DNA from: Chiloscyllium plagiosum
Taxonomy: Eukaryota
Direction of reading: 5' to 3'
Assembly (NCBI RefSeq): GCF_004010195.1
Contig: NC_057719.1
Span: 8,638,191-8,690,386, forward strand
Length of the DNA: 52,196 nt
Positions 51,605-52,196 of the stretch are shown piece after piece; within the stretch, counting starts at the first letter, position 1; every line of letters begins with the position of its first letter. The translations under genes were made by a program, and so were the position numbers. The notes below the pieces were generated by a model. The model saw nothing but the letters and a program-made list of their open reading frames with translations, made no database searches and had not been told where the DNA came from.

Positions 51605-52196
51605 CAACGAGGGGCAGGTCGGTTTCCAAGAGATCAATTGTGTTAGGGGATTCTGTAGTCAGAGGTACAGACAGACATTTCTGTAGCCAGCAGAGAAAAA
51701 GAAGAATGGTGTGTTGTTTCCCTGGTGCCAGGATCAAGGATGTCTCAGAGAGGGTGCAGAATGTTCTCACGGGGGGAGAGGGGCCAGCAGGAGGTCATTG
51801 TACACATTGGAACCAACGGCTTTGGAAGGGAAAAGGTCGAGACTCTGAAGGGAGATTACAGAGAGTTAAGCAGAAATTTAAAAAGGAGGTCCTCAAGGGT
51901 AGTAATATCTGGATTACTCCAAGTGCTATGAGCTAGTGAGGGCAGGAATAGGAGGATAGAGCAGTTGAATGCATGGCTAAGGAGCTGGTGTATGAGAGAA
52001 GGATTCACATTTTTGGATCATTGGAATCTCTTTTGGGGTAGAAGTGAGCTGTACAAGAAGGACGGATTGCACCTAAATTGGAAGGGGACTAATATACTGG
52101 CAGGGAAATTTGCTAGAACTGCTTGGGAGGATTTGAACTAGTAAGGTGGGGGGGTGGGACCCAGGGAGATAGTGAGGAAAGTGATCGATCTGAGAC
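51605..52196 (+). pseudogene. CR1 LINE ORF1 esterase (SGNH/GDSL-like) domain, disrupted; the element continues past the window edge
   Basis: IVLGDSVVRG..CFPGARIKDV / VIVHIGTN..VVISGLL / LNAWLRSWC..GFTFLDHW..LYKKDGLHLN; frameshift near 51775 and an in-frame stop near 51930. Confidence 0.88.

Noticed and set aside
18742..52196. Expected upstream LNS6 exon (..NDGKYHVVRFTR.GGNATLQVD..)
   Set aside because: Not found by eye; it probably lies beyond the right edge, implying an intron longer than 33 kb.
1..52196. CRISPR array or prokaryotic/viral system
   Set aside because: No regularly spaced repeat-spacer array or operon-like ORFs; the content is vertebrate intronic DNA.

Overview
Eukaryotic, repeat-rich genomic DNA from a cartilaginous fish. 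This is inferred from abundant HE1/V-SINE copies, shark-type CR1 tails and Penelope-type remnants. The window lies inside a large neurexin gene on the minus strand, with two supported coding exons: the alternative splice-site-4 (SS4) cassette (18649-18741) and the next exon, which ends LNS6 and begins the Thr-rich stalk (14456-14769). The SS4 exon is 93 nt/31 aa instead of the canonical 90 nt/30 aa, and both exons mix NRXN3-like and NRXN1/2-like residues, suggesting a divergent paralog. The introns hold CR1, L2-like and Rex1/Babar LINE fragments, about 16 HE1 SINEs, Tigger-like MITEs, microsatellites and local duplications. They also hold several families of short, often fold-back, direct-repeat-flanked elements that carry minimal hammerhead ribozyme cores (Penelope-like). 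Almost all ORFs in the supplied track are spurious repeat-derived frames. Family assignments come from recalled consensus motifs, not database searches.
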